A DNA stretch of 64,000 nucleotides from Callorhinchus milii. Lineage: Eukaryota. The first letter of the stretch is position 1. The number at the start of each line of letters is the position of its first letter. The notes under the pieces are model-generated. The model had not been told where the DNA came from. It saw only the letters and a list, made by a program, of their open reading frames with translations, and ran no database searches. The DNA lies in contig NW_024704742.1 of assembly GCF_018977255.1 (NCBI RefSeq), positions 129,830,001 through 129,894,000 of the forward strand. The letters are read 5' to 3'. The position numbers were made by a program, and so were the translations under genes. Of this stretch, positions 49,359 to 62,804 are shown one piece after another.

Positions 49359-50654
49359 CTAGTTAGGAAATGACTAACTAGAAGCTGGATGTTTGCCCTG
49401 ACCGATACAAAGGATCAGATGAGCTCTGGTGCAGTTTGAGTGCCTCTAGTTTCTAATAATATGCACCTCCCAGTTCTTTAAATGGCTTAAACTCAAATAA
49501 CAGAGAATAAATACACCATTTTGTCATTGTCTTTTTGTTTCCTTAGTAAGAACATCAGAATTGCTAGACAAAAGAAGACCAAGGTCCATCCAGTTCGAGG
49601 TCCATCCAGTTCGCCCATGTCCCAAACACTAAACCGTATCCCAAGATATTATATTATACTATTACTAAAGGAAATCTATCTAATTTGTTTTTGTTTTTGA
49701 AAGAATCAACACTTTCTGCTTCCACCACCTCCCCAGGGAGCCTGTTTCATACCTTTACTACTCGCTCACTGAAGTAGTGTTTCGGCAGATTTGTTTTGAA
49801 TTTACCCCACTTCAATCAATCAAGATAAAACAGCTTATCATGGTCTAGATTATCCAGTCCCTTTAGAATCGTTAAAAAATTGTGAAAGTTATTAGAAACT
49901 AGAGGTGCCTAAACTGGCACCAGAGCCTATCTGCGCCTACATTATTATTATTATTATTATGATTATGATTATTATTATCATCTGCCTGACAGCTGATAAT
50001 AATAATACAGAGAGCCGCTTGTACCTACTGAGGGGATTTCCAGTGACTCACAAAGCCCAGGTAATGTGAACTTAGGTGTTGCCCTGTCATTTGAACTATG
50101 CGGGAACAACCTCATTCATCATGGTGTACTAACTTTGGATATCTAAGTCTTACGATAAACGTGGCTTCACTGTTTCCGTCACCCCAGCTCTTGCTCGCTC
50201 TCATTGCCTTATGAGGCAAAGTTCTCCTTCACTTTGCCCTTGGTGTACGGACTCTTTGGTGATAATTTTTATCCCAGCGTAATCCTACCAGGATAAGACC
50301 AACATCGATACCAGTGCCCTTTCAGACATTCTGAAAACTAACCCCAAGTGCTCAGGCAGCTTGTCGATGGCTCTGTGCTGGAGCCGAGGGTTAGTTACGA
50401 GCAGATGTCCAGCTCCACTTTGGCTTTCTCTTTCTGTCCTATGCTCAGATCGCACAGGAATTTAACTGCTTCAAATTGGAAACAGTAGACACATCTCATC
50501 CTTTGGTCTACCCACTACAAAGAATGGGAACAATCAGGAGAGAAGAGGAGGAGGCAAGTGAGAGGGGCGTGAAGTGGGAGTATAATAATAAAAATCCTTG
50601 CATTTGATGTAGCGCCTTATCACATTGTCGAGACGTCTCAAAGCGCTTCACAGG

Positions 50655-50988
50655 ATAATAATAATAATAATAATCCTTGCATTTGACATAGCGCTTTTCA
50701 CGTCTTCTAGATGTCCCAAAGTGCTTCACAGACTATACTGTAAAGTGAATTGACTGTATATTTGTGGGCGAACGTGGCAGCCAGTTGCGCACAGCAATGT
50801 CCCACAAACAGTTGTAGATTCAAAATGACTAATTTATTATTGTTTTTTATTTTGGAGGGATTATTGTTAGGCGTGTGGAGTAAGGAAACTTGCCCAAGGC
50901 TTCGCCCTTTTTGGAGTTGGTGCGGGAATTAAACTCAGGTCTCTCGCTTGCAAAGCGAGTGCTCTAACCACTGAGCTACAGGACTCCA
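50655..50988 (-). mobile_element. tRNA-derived SINE, full length, nested in an older SINE
   Basis: Reverse complement of the family consensus; host SINE halves at 50581-50654 and 50989-51140. Confidence 0.88.
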
Positions 50989-53139
50989 AGGATATACTGT
51001 AAATTGGTTTGATTGTGTATTTTGAGGAGGAAATGCAGCAGCCAATTGCGCACAGCAGCGTCCCATGCAGTGAGTGACCAATTTCATTCAGGGGATTTGT
51101 TGGCCAAGACACTGGGAGAAACTCCCATGAATAGTGCCATGGGATCCTTAACAGCTAGTTGAAGAGGGAAGGAGATAGGAGACAAGGGGAGGAGGCAGAC
51201 CATTGAGCCAACGTCAGCAGGAAAGGGGGGGGGGGGAATAGGAAATCAATTAAACTGGCAGGCCATTTGCACACAGCAATGTCTTACAAATAGCCAAGAA
51301 GTGAATGGTTGATTTTATCTGGGGAACTGATGGCCGGGAGAAAAGCTTTTTGAATAGAACCATGGGATCTTTAATGTCCACCTGAAATTAACAAACTGAA
51401 CACGGACTGGAATCAGCGAGCTTCTGGTCTGTAAGCTACAGCTCTGTCCACTACATCACCGGGCCTTCAATTACAGAGCCCTACACCATCCAGAATTTTG
51501 CAAATTCTTAAATACAGCTTTAATTTTTGAAGCTGATTCTTTTAAGAATGCAAAAGAAACATGTCAAAAATCAATAATAAACCTTGCATTTGATATAGTT
51601 GAGATGACGCAAAGCCCTTCACAGAATATACCGTAAAGTGAATTGACTGTATATTTTGTGGGCAAATTGAGACCGAGTTCAAATTAAATCAAACTAAAAT
51701 TCATAAAACGCTGCATAACGAAAGTAGATCTGAAGCCAGCTGGGATTTCTCCCTATGTACTGTATTCATAAACAAAATCACTTATTAAAAATCAATAGGT
51801 TACAAAAGCATTGAAATCCACAGCACAAGACAGCTATTTGTATCTGATGTTGTCTCATAAATTTATTGTCTGAGACGCTCAATACCGTTTAATACCAGTA
51901 AACGTCACCCTGGGATTAGCACCTCGCTGCGTACCACCTAAATCACTTGACAGCTGCGAGTATCTGACAGGCCTTCGGAGAAATGTTATATTACTGCCTC
52001 CTTCCCAGTATTCCACGTGGCACTCACAGAGAATGGGTGATAGGTTAAATGGTCCATTCTTTAATCTCTTGACTTTCATATATTCTTAATGAGCCTTCCA
52101 TCTCCATTTGGTTCACAATCGTTGATTCACTTCATAGCTTGTTTGTGGGACATTGCTGTGCACAAATTGGCTGCCGTGTTTGCCTGCAAAATACACTGTC
52201 ACTGGATCCTCTGAAGCACTTTGAGACGTGCTTCCAATGTAAAAGGCACAATAACACTATAACTGCCCCACCATCGCCAGCCGGGCCTGCATCCCTTCTG
52301 CCCCAACACTTTGGAACTCCATTTGCCTCAACCCCACCATCCCCCACCCCACCGCCTTCTTCAAGGCCGATCTCAACACCCTTCACTTCGACCGTGCCTT
52401 CGGTCACTCTCCTACTCCCACCTTCCCTGCCCTCCACCTCTCCTAACCCCAACCCCCGTCTCAGGTCCAAATCCTTGACTCTCCAATGCCTCTCAATGTG
52501 AAAGACTCTACAAATGTAATTTGTTTTGTTGTTGAATTCCTTCAAAGCTTCACAGAATTTTATTTAAAGTGGGTCCCCAAATGTTTACCTTCAGGCAAAT
52601 ATGGTAGCCAGTTTATGCACACATGCCCCACAAAGAGCTATGGAATGAACAATCAATTTTATCTAGAGGATCGTTGGCCAGGACACCAAGAGAAACTCGC
52701 AAATCAAGACTAGATGGTTTGTGTGGAGAGAGACACCAGGAAGGACAGGTTTGATGGCCTCTTTCTGTGCTCTAAAGTTCTATAACTAAATTCTCAACTG
52801 TTTGTAACTATTCTAACATAATTTTTATTTTCCAGTGTCTTTTTACTCCCGTCTTCTTGGCTCCCAACATGGATTTCGGGGGTGGGATCAACTTGGATAC
52901 ACGGTTTTCTTCAGCCAATAAACGATCGACATTGTTAAGATTGACACATCGCTCGGATTTCATCCGTGGCACAGCAAGAGTTAAATCAATCCATTGGATA
53001 TTAAAACAGGAATTAAGGTAAACTTTGCAATATAAAATGAGTGTTCAAAGCTATTTATTGTCAAAGGTGCCGTCTTTTGGATGAGACTTTAAACCGAGGT
53101 CCCGTCTGTCTGTTCAGGTGGATGTTAAAGATTCCATGG

Positions 53140-55430
53140 CAACAACAACAACAACAAGATTATATTTGTATAGCGCCTTTCATGTCGGGAGGACGTCCCA
53201 AGGCCCTGGACAGTGTACAGCATTTCAGACCAAAGTTGGGGTCAGGGGGGAGAAGGGTGGGAGGGAAAAGGGGGTGACCAATGGCATGGTCGAAAAGGAG
53301 GGTTTTGAGGTGGGATTTGAAGGGGCTAAGGAGGGAGCGAGGCGGAATGATTGGAGGATGGAGTTCCAGAGGTTGGGGGCAGAGTGTGGAGTCCTGTAGC
53401 TCAGTGGTTAGAGCACTCGCTTTGCAAGTGAGAGACTGGAGTTCAATTCCAGGCAGAGGGCGAAACCTTGGGCAAGTTTCCTTACTCCACACAGAGCCTA
53501 ATAATAATCCCTCCAAAACCAAAAACAATAATAAATTGGTCATTTTCAATCTACGACTGTTTGTGGGACATTGCTGTAAGCAATTGGCTGCCGCGTTCGC
53601 CCACAAATATACAGTCAATTCACCTTACAGTGTGTTCTGTGAAGCGCTTTGGGACATCCTCCTGACATGAAAAGCGCTATATCAAATGCAAGGATTATTA
53701 TTATTATTATTATTATTATAGTGGCTGAAGGCTCTCCCGCCAATGGTGGGGTGGGAGGATCAGGGGAAGTGGAGCAGGCCGGAGTCGGCTGAGTGGAGGG
53801 AGCGGGCGGGTTGGTAGGGGTTTAGGAGGTCACAGAGATAGGGTGGGACAAGACCATTGAGGGCTTTGTAGGTGAGGACCAGTATTTTCAACTGGATCCT
53901 CTGAAGGATAGGGAGCCAATGGAGTCGGGCGAGAATGGGGGAGATGGGGTCACGGAGTTTGGTGTGGGAGAGGACACGGGCTGCAGAGGTCTCGATTATC
54001 TGTAGCCTGTGGAGGGAGGAGTTGGGAAGGCCGACAAGCAGGGCGTTTACATAGTCGAGCCTGGAAGTGATGAAGGCATGAACAAAAGTTTCAGTGGCCT
54101 AAGGGGTGAGGTAGTGGCGGAGTCGCGTGATGTTATCGAGGTGAGGGAAGGCAGAGCGGGTCGTGGCTTGGATGTGGGGAAGAAAAGACAGTTGAGGATC
54201 GAACAAGACACCTGGGTTCCTGACTGGCTTGGTGAGTTGAAGTGTGCAACCATGGAGGTTGATGTTGCCAGAGCCTGAGGTGCTAAGATGGTGGTGTGAG
54301 CCAATCAGGAGGGCCTCTGTCTTGTTCACATTCAACTGTAGGAAGTTTGCCCTCATCCAAGACTTTATGTCCGACCGGCAGTCTGTTAGGACAGCAGTGG
54401 TCCTGGAGTTGAGGGTAGAGGCAGAAAGATAAAATTGGGTGTCATCTGCATACATATGAAAGTTGATCCCATGTCTGCGGATGATGTCACCAAGGGGGAG
54501 CATGTAGATATTAAAGAGGAGAGGGCCAAGGACAGAGCCCTGGGGGACGCCAGACGTGACAGTGGAGGAACTGGAGGAGAAACCGTTAGAGGAAACAAAG
54601 TGGAGACAGTGAGAGAGATAGGAATCAAACCAGGCAAGGGCAGGTCCGTGAAGATTAAGTAAAGAGGAGAGGCGGTTTATGAGGATGGAGTGGTTGACAG
54701 TGTCGAAGGCAGCAGAGAGGTCGAGGAGGACAAGGAGGCAGAAGGAGCCCTGATCACAGATGTTCAGAATGTCGTTAGTGACTTTGACCAGGGCTGTTTC
54801 CGTGCTGTGAGCAGCGCAGAAGCCGGATTGGAGGGGTTCAAAGATGGAATGGCAAGAAAGAAAGGAGCGGAGCTGGGACGCGACGACGCGTTCCAGGACC
54901 TTGGAGAGGAATGGGAGGTTAGAGATGTGGCAATAGCTGGAGAGTAGGGATGAGTTCAGGGAAGGTTTTTTCAGGATAGGGGTGATGACAGCTGTTTTTA
55001 GGGGGGTTGGAACTGAACCGATTGACAAGGAGAGGTGAATGACGTCGGACAGGAGAGAAAGTGGAGCTGGGAGTTGAGGAGAGATGTGAGGATTGGATTG
55101 AGGGAGCAGGTCGTGGGTTTGAGTTTGCGAACAATCGCGGAGAGGGAGGAGGGAGGAGGGAGAGGTAGGGTCGAAGGAGTATAAGGGGGATGGGTGATGT
55201 GGGGATGGCTGTGGGCGGAGCAGAGGTGTCTGAATGTATCCCCTCGATTTTGGTTTACAGAAAATCCAGCATCTCCTCACAGTTGGAGCTTGAGGAGAGG
55301 ATGGGCAAGGCGTGGCAAGGTGGACAGAGGAGATGGTTTGTGTTGGAAAAGAGAAGCCGGGGGTTGTTCTTTGCCTCCAAGATAACCTTGGAGGAGAAGG
55401 AGGATTTGGCAAAGCGAGAGCACAGCAGTA
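53140..55430 (-). mobile_element. L2 LINE ORF2 fragment (~2 kb, longest in window), interrupted by a SINE
   Basis: [68 protein letters not shown] in ORF 54099-55523. Confidence 0.95.
53386..53720 (+). mobile_element. tRNA-derived SINE, full length, inserted antisense into an L2
   Basis: Splits L2 sequence ggggcagagt|ggctgaagg with a few nt (agt) repeated. Confidence 0.92.
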
Positions 55431-57458
55431 GATCTTGGTGTATTTTTCCACAGCACAATTGGAAAAGAGAAAGGAGTTTCTCCCAGTGTCCTGACCAACA
55501 ATCCCCCAAATAAAATTGATCACTCACCACATGTTTTTTTTGCCCGCATATACACAGTGACTCCATTTCACAGTAAATCCTGTGAAACATTTTGAGACCA
55601 AATTATTATTATTATTAAATGCAAGGATTATTATTATGAAGAGAATTTATAAGGCTAAACACAAATAGAGATGATCGGAACCTGCACCTAACACATTGGT
55701 TCCTGAGGGCTGCCAAAGGAAGGAAAGCAGTCAGGGATGAACAATATAAGGTCAGGAATGTTTGCAGGAGGTTTTGCCTGATATGCTTTTGGGGGCAAAG
55801 AAGAAAGTTTTCTCAGGAGCTGTGTGACATCCATGATAGCGCGGATCCCAAAACAATACAGCAGGGCGAAACGTTAGACAAGTTTCCTTACTCGACACAC
55901 CTCTGTTTACCTAGCAGTAAGTAGGAACCTGTTTGTTAGTCGATTGGCAGATTGTTTTTCCGGGGGTAACAAACCTATCAAAAATAAAATAATTGAATAA
56001 TAATAATTTGGTCACGTCAATCCACGACGGTTTGTGGGACACTGCTGTGTGTAATTGGTTGCTGCGTTTTGCCTCCAAAGAATACAGTCAATTCAATTTA
56101 CGGTATATTCTGTGAAGCACTTTGAGACGTCTTGAAGACGTGATAATACGCTATAACAACTGCAAGGATTATTGTTATTATTATTATTATTATGTTTCTA
56201 ACACTGCTGTGTTGTTCTGGGTGCTTTAAACCTTATTAGAAAAGTTGCATTTTTATAGGGTCTTATCTCGTCTGGAAACGATTGATTTAGAGAGCAAACA
56301 TTTTGTTGTGGCTATGGTGTATGAGGCTAAAACACTTGACTCATTTAAATAACAGCTTGGTTGCTGTAATCGGAGGATGGTAAAGTGCTTAGGATTAAGT
56401 GGAAGATCAAATGGGCTGAAGAAACTTCTGTGATTTTGTGACAAGTTGAATTATCATTTTATCTGGACAATACAACAGCAGCAACAACAACAACTTGCAT
56501 TTATAGCTTACCCGTCATGCAGGGTAGCATCCCAGACCTTGACAGTGGTGGAGCACAATGCCGAGCCAGGGGGAGGGGGGAAGTGACTGTAGACACGGTC
56601 GAATTGGAAAGTCTTCAGGTGCGACCTGTAGATGGGGAAGGAGGGAGTGGGACGTCAATAACATCACAGAATATTTCACATCCACATTACCAGGCAGACA
56701 GGACCTCGGTTTTACAGCTCATCTTAAAATACCACATCTCCAGCAATGCAGTGCTCAACACTACACTGGAGTGTCAGATTAGATCAGTATCCCAATGTGG
56801 GGTTTGAACCCACATCCCACTAACCCAGAGGTGAGAATGCGAACAGCTGAAGCAAGCTGACAGGGTGCAGTCATTTCACATCACCCAAATGCATTATTCT
56901 GATTGGAGAACTGCAAAAGTTTGAAAGTGGAATATATTTACCAGGAAAAGAATTTATGTTTCAAAAGACACGCCAAATGACCTTGTACATGAATTAGTCA
57001 TACGAAGACAGAGCCAAAAGATTAAAGGCATAATGTTTACAAAATTGCAGACACTCTAAACTTCGCTCAAAGAAAATTTCAACAGATTATAACATGCTCC
57101 AAAAATCTGAACACAACACAGGAATGAAGAGTTAGCACAGAGCAGAACAGGTATTACTCAGAAATTATAATAAATAAACAAACCATACAGCTAATAACCA
57201 TATAAAATTCCACAGTCAATAAAGCATCCTTGTATTTTATATTAATTAATCGTGGCACTTTTCAACTAAAAACAAACGTGAAATATCCACATTAAATTCT
57301 GTGAAATAAAGCACCACACACTCATCGCTGTATAAACAAGTAGAAAGACAAAACCATAAGGAGGCATGTTTATAAGAAATTTAATATACTTCAAAGCAAC
57401 TGAGAAGTGGAATTCTCTGCCACAAACTCTTCTTACCTCAGTCACCAAATTAGCTACA

Positions 57459-57845
57459 TAATAATAATAAATAAGAATCCTTGTATTTGTTATAACGCCT
57501 TATCACGTCTTAATTGAGACATCTCAAAGCGCTTCATAGAATACTCTGTAAAGTATATTTTTGTGGGTGAAACACGGTAGCAATTGCCAATTATGTACAG
57601 CAGTATCCCACAAACAGTTGTGGATTGAGTGACCAAATTATTATTAATAAATACATTTTTGAAGGGATTATTACCACCCGGAGAAGCGATCCGCAAATGG
57701 ACTAACAACCAGGTTCCTACTTACTGCTAGATAAACAGATGCGTGTCAAGAAAGGAAACTTGCCCAATTTTTCACCCTGTCCTGCTGGGAATCGAACCCA
57801 GGTCCTCTCGCATGCGAGGCAAGTGCTCTAACCACTATGCTACAG
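57459..57845 (-). mobile_element. tRNA-derived SINE (longer subfamily)
   Basis: gggaatcgaacccaggtcctctcgcatgcgaggcaagtgctctaaccact head in reverse. Confidence 0.8.
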
Positions 57846-58679
57846 CACATGCCTGAAAGAGAAAAATATTAACGGGTTAAGTGAGCAGGAGAGAGGAAAT
57901 AAATTATATTAATAATAATCCTTGCATTTGATATAGCGCCTTATCATGTCTTTGAGACGTCTCAAATCGCTTCACAGAATATAGTGAAAAGTAAATTGAC
58001 TGTATATGTCAATTTACTTTACAGTAAAGTAAATATACTTTACTTCATTGCGCAAAGCAGTGTCCCACAAACAGTCGTGGATTGAAGTGACCAATTTCTT
58101 ATTATTACTTTTTTTGAAGGAATTATTACCCCCGGAAAACAATCCACCAATCGACGAACAAACGTGTTCTTACTCACTGGTAAACAGATGTGTACGGAAT
58201 AAGGAAACTTCCCCAATATTTTGCCTGCCTGCCAGGAATCGAACGCAGGTCCCTTACCTTATTACCATGTCAAAATGTCTCAAAGCACTTCAGAGGATTT
58301 TTACTGTAAAGTGTAGTGATTGTGTATCCAGCATCGGTGGACTAGCTTTCAGCCATTCTGTCTCCACCCTCAGGAACTCTATCCCAGAGTCAATGTTGCC
58401 TCACCTCATCCAATGGTTGTCTCAAGATGTACCCCTTTGACTGCTCTTTCGCTCATCATTCCCCTTCCCATCTCCTTTGATTCCCACCCCTAGCTCGGGT
58501 ACCCAACCGGCAGTGTCAAGCACTGAGACATCCTTGAGACATGAAAGGCACTATATAAATGTAAATTGTATTTTGTAGGTGAACGCAGCAGCCAATTTGC
58601 ACACAGCAATGTCCTACGAACAGCCAATGACCAGTTGTTATCTGAAGGATTGTTGACCAGGGATTGTTCCTTGTTCCTT

Positions 58680-58857
58680 GATTCGATAACAACTTTTAAG
58701 AGAGTAGATAATTATTTGGGGAGGACAAGTTTGCAGGGTTGTGGGGAGAGAGCGGGGGAGTGGGATTGGTTTGGGTAGCTCTTATCAAAGAGCCGGCACA
58801 GACACGATGAGCCGAATGGCCTCCTTCTGTGCTGTATAATTCTATGATTCTATGATT
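58680..58857 (+). mobile_element. CR1 LINE 3' terminus
   Basis: gagccggcacagacacgatgagccgaatggcctccttctgtgctgtataattctatgattctatgatt. Confidence 0.85.
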
Positions 58858-60623
58858 CCTTGCTCTTTTTGAATAGTACTATGGGATCCTAAACATTCAC
58901 CAATGGTGCATGTGGAGAAAAAAGTAGCATAGATATAATGAACCAAATAGTCTGTTTTGTGCTGTAAAATTCTATGAATCTTTGCCCTTTTTCACTGACG
59001 CTATTTTCACTTTAGGGATTGAATACCTGACAGTCAAAAACTGGGGGGATCTATTGTGGTAAATGTGATTTATGGGTTGCGAATATCGGATTGTAGTATT
59101 CACGGCCGACAAGTTACAAATCTTAAGATGGCAAAATTCTAGGAGGATAAAAGGCCAGTGAGCAGAACGGCAGCTTGCTCATGGGACCACTTTCTACAAG
59201 ATTCTGTGAAATATCGCTTACACCTCTGATTTATGGGTATGTTTGAAAAAGAATTATTAGTCACTCAAGAATGTGCTGGCTCCGCTGCCTGGAACATTAT
59301 AAAACACTTGCATTCCTTCCTTCTGACTTTGGCGTCCTTCGATTGTGAGAAATATCACAGCATTCATCCACCGACGTGCTGTGTTATTTCTATTTTTATT
59401 TCTGTCGGGCTAAATTGTCTAATGGGAAAAAAAATAGGAAATGGATTAAAATCTGTGTAAAGATGGGATTGAAAGTTTTTGTGAGAAAAACACATGTTCA
59501 CTGTGTTAGCTTGTGTTACTATCATTTAAATTCCCCTGTGGTGCCCTGCACGCTCCAAAACTTTTAACCTGTTTATTTTGCAGGCTCAGGCTCCTTGACA
59601 TCCTTCTGTTGTCATTGCTGTAGTTTTACTGGTAAGAAACGTACCATTTTATTCTCTATTAATCTTTGACAGGGGCAAACAGTTCTGTACCTGTGTATTG
59701 CCTCTATTCACATTTCCTATTCAAGTAGTAGCCCATTAGGTGGTTGAACATTTCACCCACAAAATATACAGTCGATTCACTTTACAGAATATTCTGTGAA
59801 GCACTTTGAGATGTCTCAAAGAAGTGATAAAGCACGATATCAAATGCAAAGATTATTATTACTATTAAGGTACATAAAAAGGATCCAAATATTGTACATT
59901 TAGCAGGGCAATTAAGTGCCACCACAAAGTGTTAATTCTATAGGCTGGAATATAATATCTATGACTACGGTCCTAAATCAATACTTATAACCTTCAATTC
60001 CATTTTTATGCAGATTTTTACCATTTCCTATATTTTCATTGCCAATTTGTGGAGTCCTGTAGCTTTGTGGTTGGAGTGCTCGGCTCACAAGCAAGATGAC
60101 TTTATTTCATTTTTATTATTATTACTCCACAAGTTTCCTTACTTGTGTGTATCCAGTACTTAACAGTATATTCTTTTAGGCTCTTTGAGATGTCTTGAAG
60201 ATGTAATAAGGCGCTATATCAAATGCAAGGATTATTATAAAATGTTTCCCTTCCTCCTCTGCTGAAGGTCTTTGATTTATTTGTTCTTCTCCTGAGATAC
60301 AGTTCTAGGGACACTGGGTGTCCTCCGTTGCCTTGCCCAAATGGTCATTACGTATATGTGATCCTTACTATCAGTAGGGTGTCCATATCACAGCTGAGCC
60401 GGACTCTGTCCTCACCCATTTTTGACACATTTATCTCCAGCAGGAGTCACTGCATGCCAATGAGGAGCAGCAATCCTGCTTGTTTTCCCCTTCACAACCC
60501 ACTGACCCTGAGGCCCAGAACAATACAATCCAAATGTAACTTTATATAGCGCCATTCACGTCATGAGCATGTCCCAAGGTGCCTAACAATCCTGGATTGG
60601 GACTGCGGTCATCTGGGGGTAGG

Positions 60624-61005
60624 ATAATAATCCTTGCATTTGATATAGCGCCTTATCACATCTTCGAGACGTCTCAAAGTGCTTCACAGAATATTCTGTA
60701 AAATGAATTGACTGTATTTTGTGGGCGTAACGTGGCAGCCAATTGCGCACAGCAATGTTCCACAAACAGTCATGGATTGAATGACCAAATTGTTATTAAT
60801 TTTTTTACAGCTCATATATAAAAAAAATTTTTGAAGGGATTATTACCATCGGAAAAGTGATCTGACAATCGACTAACAACCAGGTTCCTACTTAATGCTA
60901 GGTAAACAGGGGCGTGTGGAGTAAGGAAACTTGCCTAACCCTGCCCAGGAAACAAAACCATGTCATCTCGCTAGCGAGGCAAGTGCTCTAACCAATACGC
61001 TACAG
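60624..61005 (-). mobile_element. tRNA-derived SINE (longer subfamily)
   Basis: Reverse complement from tail to head. Confidence 0.8.
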
Positions 61006-61128
61006 TACTACATGTACGATGTAGTACACACAAAAATAGTCACTACACTTTATAGTGAATCCTGTGAAGCCTTGTAAGACATCCTCTGCATGTGAAAAGC
61101 GCTGTATCAAATGCAAGGATTATTATTA

Positions 61129-61444
61129 GTGGAGTCCTGTAGCTCAGTGGTTAGAGCACTCGCTTTGCAAGTGAGAGACCTGAGTTCAATTCCAGGCAGA
61201 GGGCGAAACCTTGGGCAAGTTTCCTTACTCCACACACCTAATAATAATCCCTCCCAAACCAAAAACAATAATAAATTGGTCATTTTCAATCTACGACTGT
61301 TTGTGGGACATTGCTGTGCGCAATTGGCTGCCACGTTCGCCCACAAATATACAGTCAATTCACTTTACAGTGTGTTCTGTGAAGCGCTTTGGGACGTCCT
61401 CCCACGTGAAAAGCGCTATATCAAATGCAAGGATTATTATTATT
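61129..61444 (+). mobile_element. tRNA-derived SINE, full length, inserted in the (tta)n tail of another SINE
   Basis: caaatgcaaggattattatta|gtggagtcctgtagctcag. Confidence 0.92.
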
Positions 61445-62804
61445 AATTAATGAATTGATAATTGTTATTGCCCTCTTTGGCTGTGATCAGTTAATTCAGC
61501 ACAGATCTGTAGATGGAACCCGGGACCTTCCCTGGTCTGTACGGGATCTAAATTGTGAGATTCGTAAAATGATTTGTAGGTTGTTTTTTGATAATTCACC
61601 GAACGGTCAGGCATTCCAACCAACATGTCACTTGGTGGTAATTGGAAACTTGTACATGTGACATTGTACCAAACCCTGGTAGGCAGAGTATTTAAATATA
61701 TAATGCAGCATATCAGCCCTCCCACTATGCCATGCTTCTATTCTAGAATTCTATGCCCTGCTTTTTGGACATCATTAAGCAGAGTCTTAGGTCTTTCTTG
61801 CAGAACAGCAATCAGAGTAAAAAAAAAGCCACCCGTTTCTCAAACTACAAACTTGCTCCTTCAGCGTAAAATAAGCTACATTTTTTGAATGCCGCAACCA
61901 GGCTTTGACATGCTGAAACCCGCAGTGCAGGATATCAGAGCTCAAATGGCTTTACCACCTGAGAAAACATGCGTGAGAATGCCAATTTTGTACAGTGACC
62001 TCAGTCTGTTGCAGCAACGGGTCCCAGATATTATTTTCTATTTTAAATGTTAGGATGCTCAGCATCGGCCGCCGTAAGAGACAGGACCTTCTGTTACTTT
62101 AACAATTTTATCTGATGTTGCCTAATGAATTTACAGTCTCAGAAGCCTGACATCGCTTAATACCAGTAAAAGTCACCCTGGGATCAGCAATGTACAAACT
62201 AAATCACTAGCAGCTGCAACCATCTGCCAGGCCCTGTGATGTGGTGTGTGCCTGCCTCCACCCCACCATTGTATGTGATGGGACAATTGGATAATTGGTC
62301 CAACTCCCTTTTCCAGAAAGTTTATTAATCCAATGGTATATGGTAAAATGTAATTTAATTATCTTTAATTAAATTACTCAGTATGGAAATAACTAAATTC
62401 CCCATGTAGATTAACTTGCGGAATATAAGAAGTGTGTCCAAGTTCTACATGAATCTGAGATCCTGGGCATGCATGTGAGCTGGATTTTGTGGTTAGGACA
62501 AAAGAATGGTCATTCACTGGGTTCTTGTCTCATCGCTATAATTTGATTAAGAAACAGGAGCATAAAATAGCAGAATCAGAAAAGCATCAAGTAAATCCGG
62601 AACAACACTTTCTGAGAGCAGGAGAAGAAGACACAAGTTAAGGATTGTGAAGAACAGAAACCAAGACATATTTATTTACACAAAACTTAATCAACAGAAG
62701 GAGTGGCTTAACTGGAAGGATGGCTGAGACTAGGATACATGTCGCATTTTAATAAGATGTTGAAATGGAAAATTGGTAAGGTTAGGATTTGGGAAAAAAG
62801 AGAT

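Noticed and set aside
50090..50470. Relatively GC/CpG-rich unique stretch
   Set aside because: No sustained ORF or recognisable motif in the frames I read.
54099..55523. 474-aa reverse transcriptase ORF (also 19691-20365 and 44726-45685)
   Set aside because: Truncated, frameshifted L2 or CR1 ORF2 fragments lacking endonuclease and ORF1; not a host gene, retron or novel RT system.
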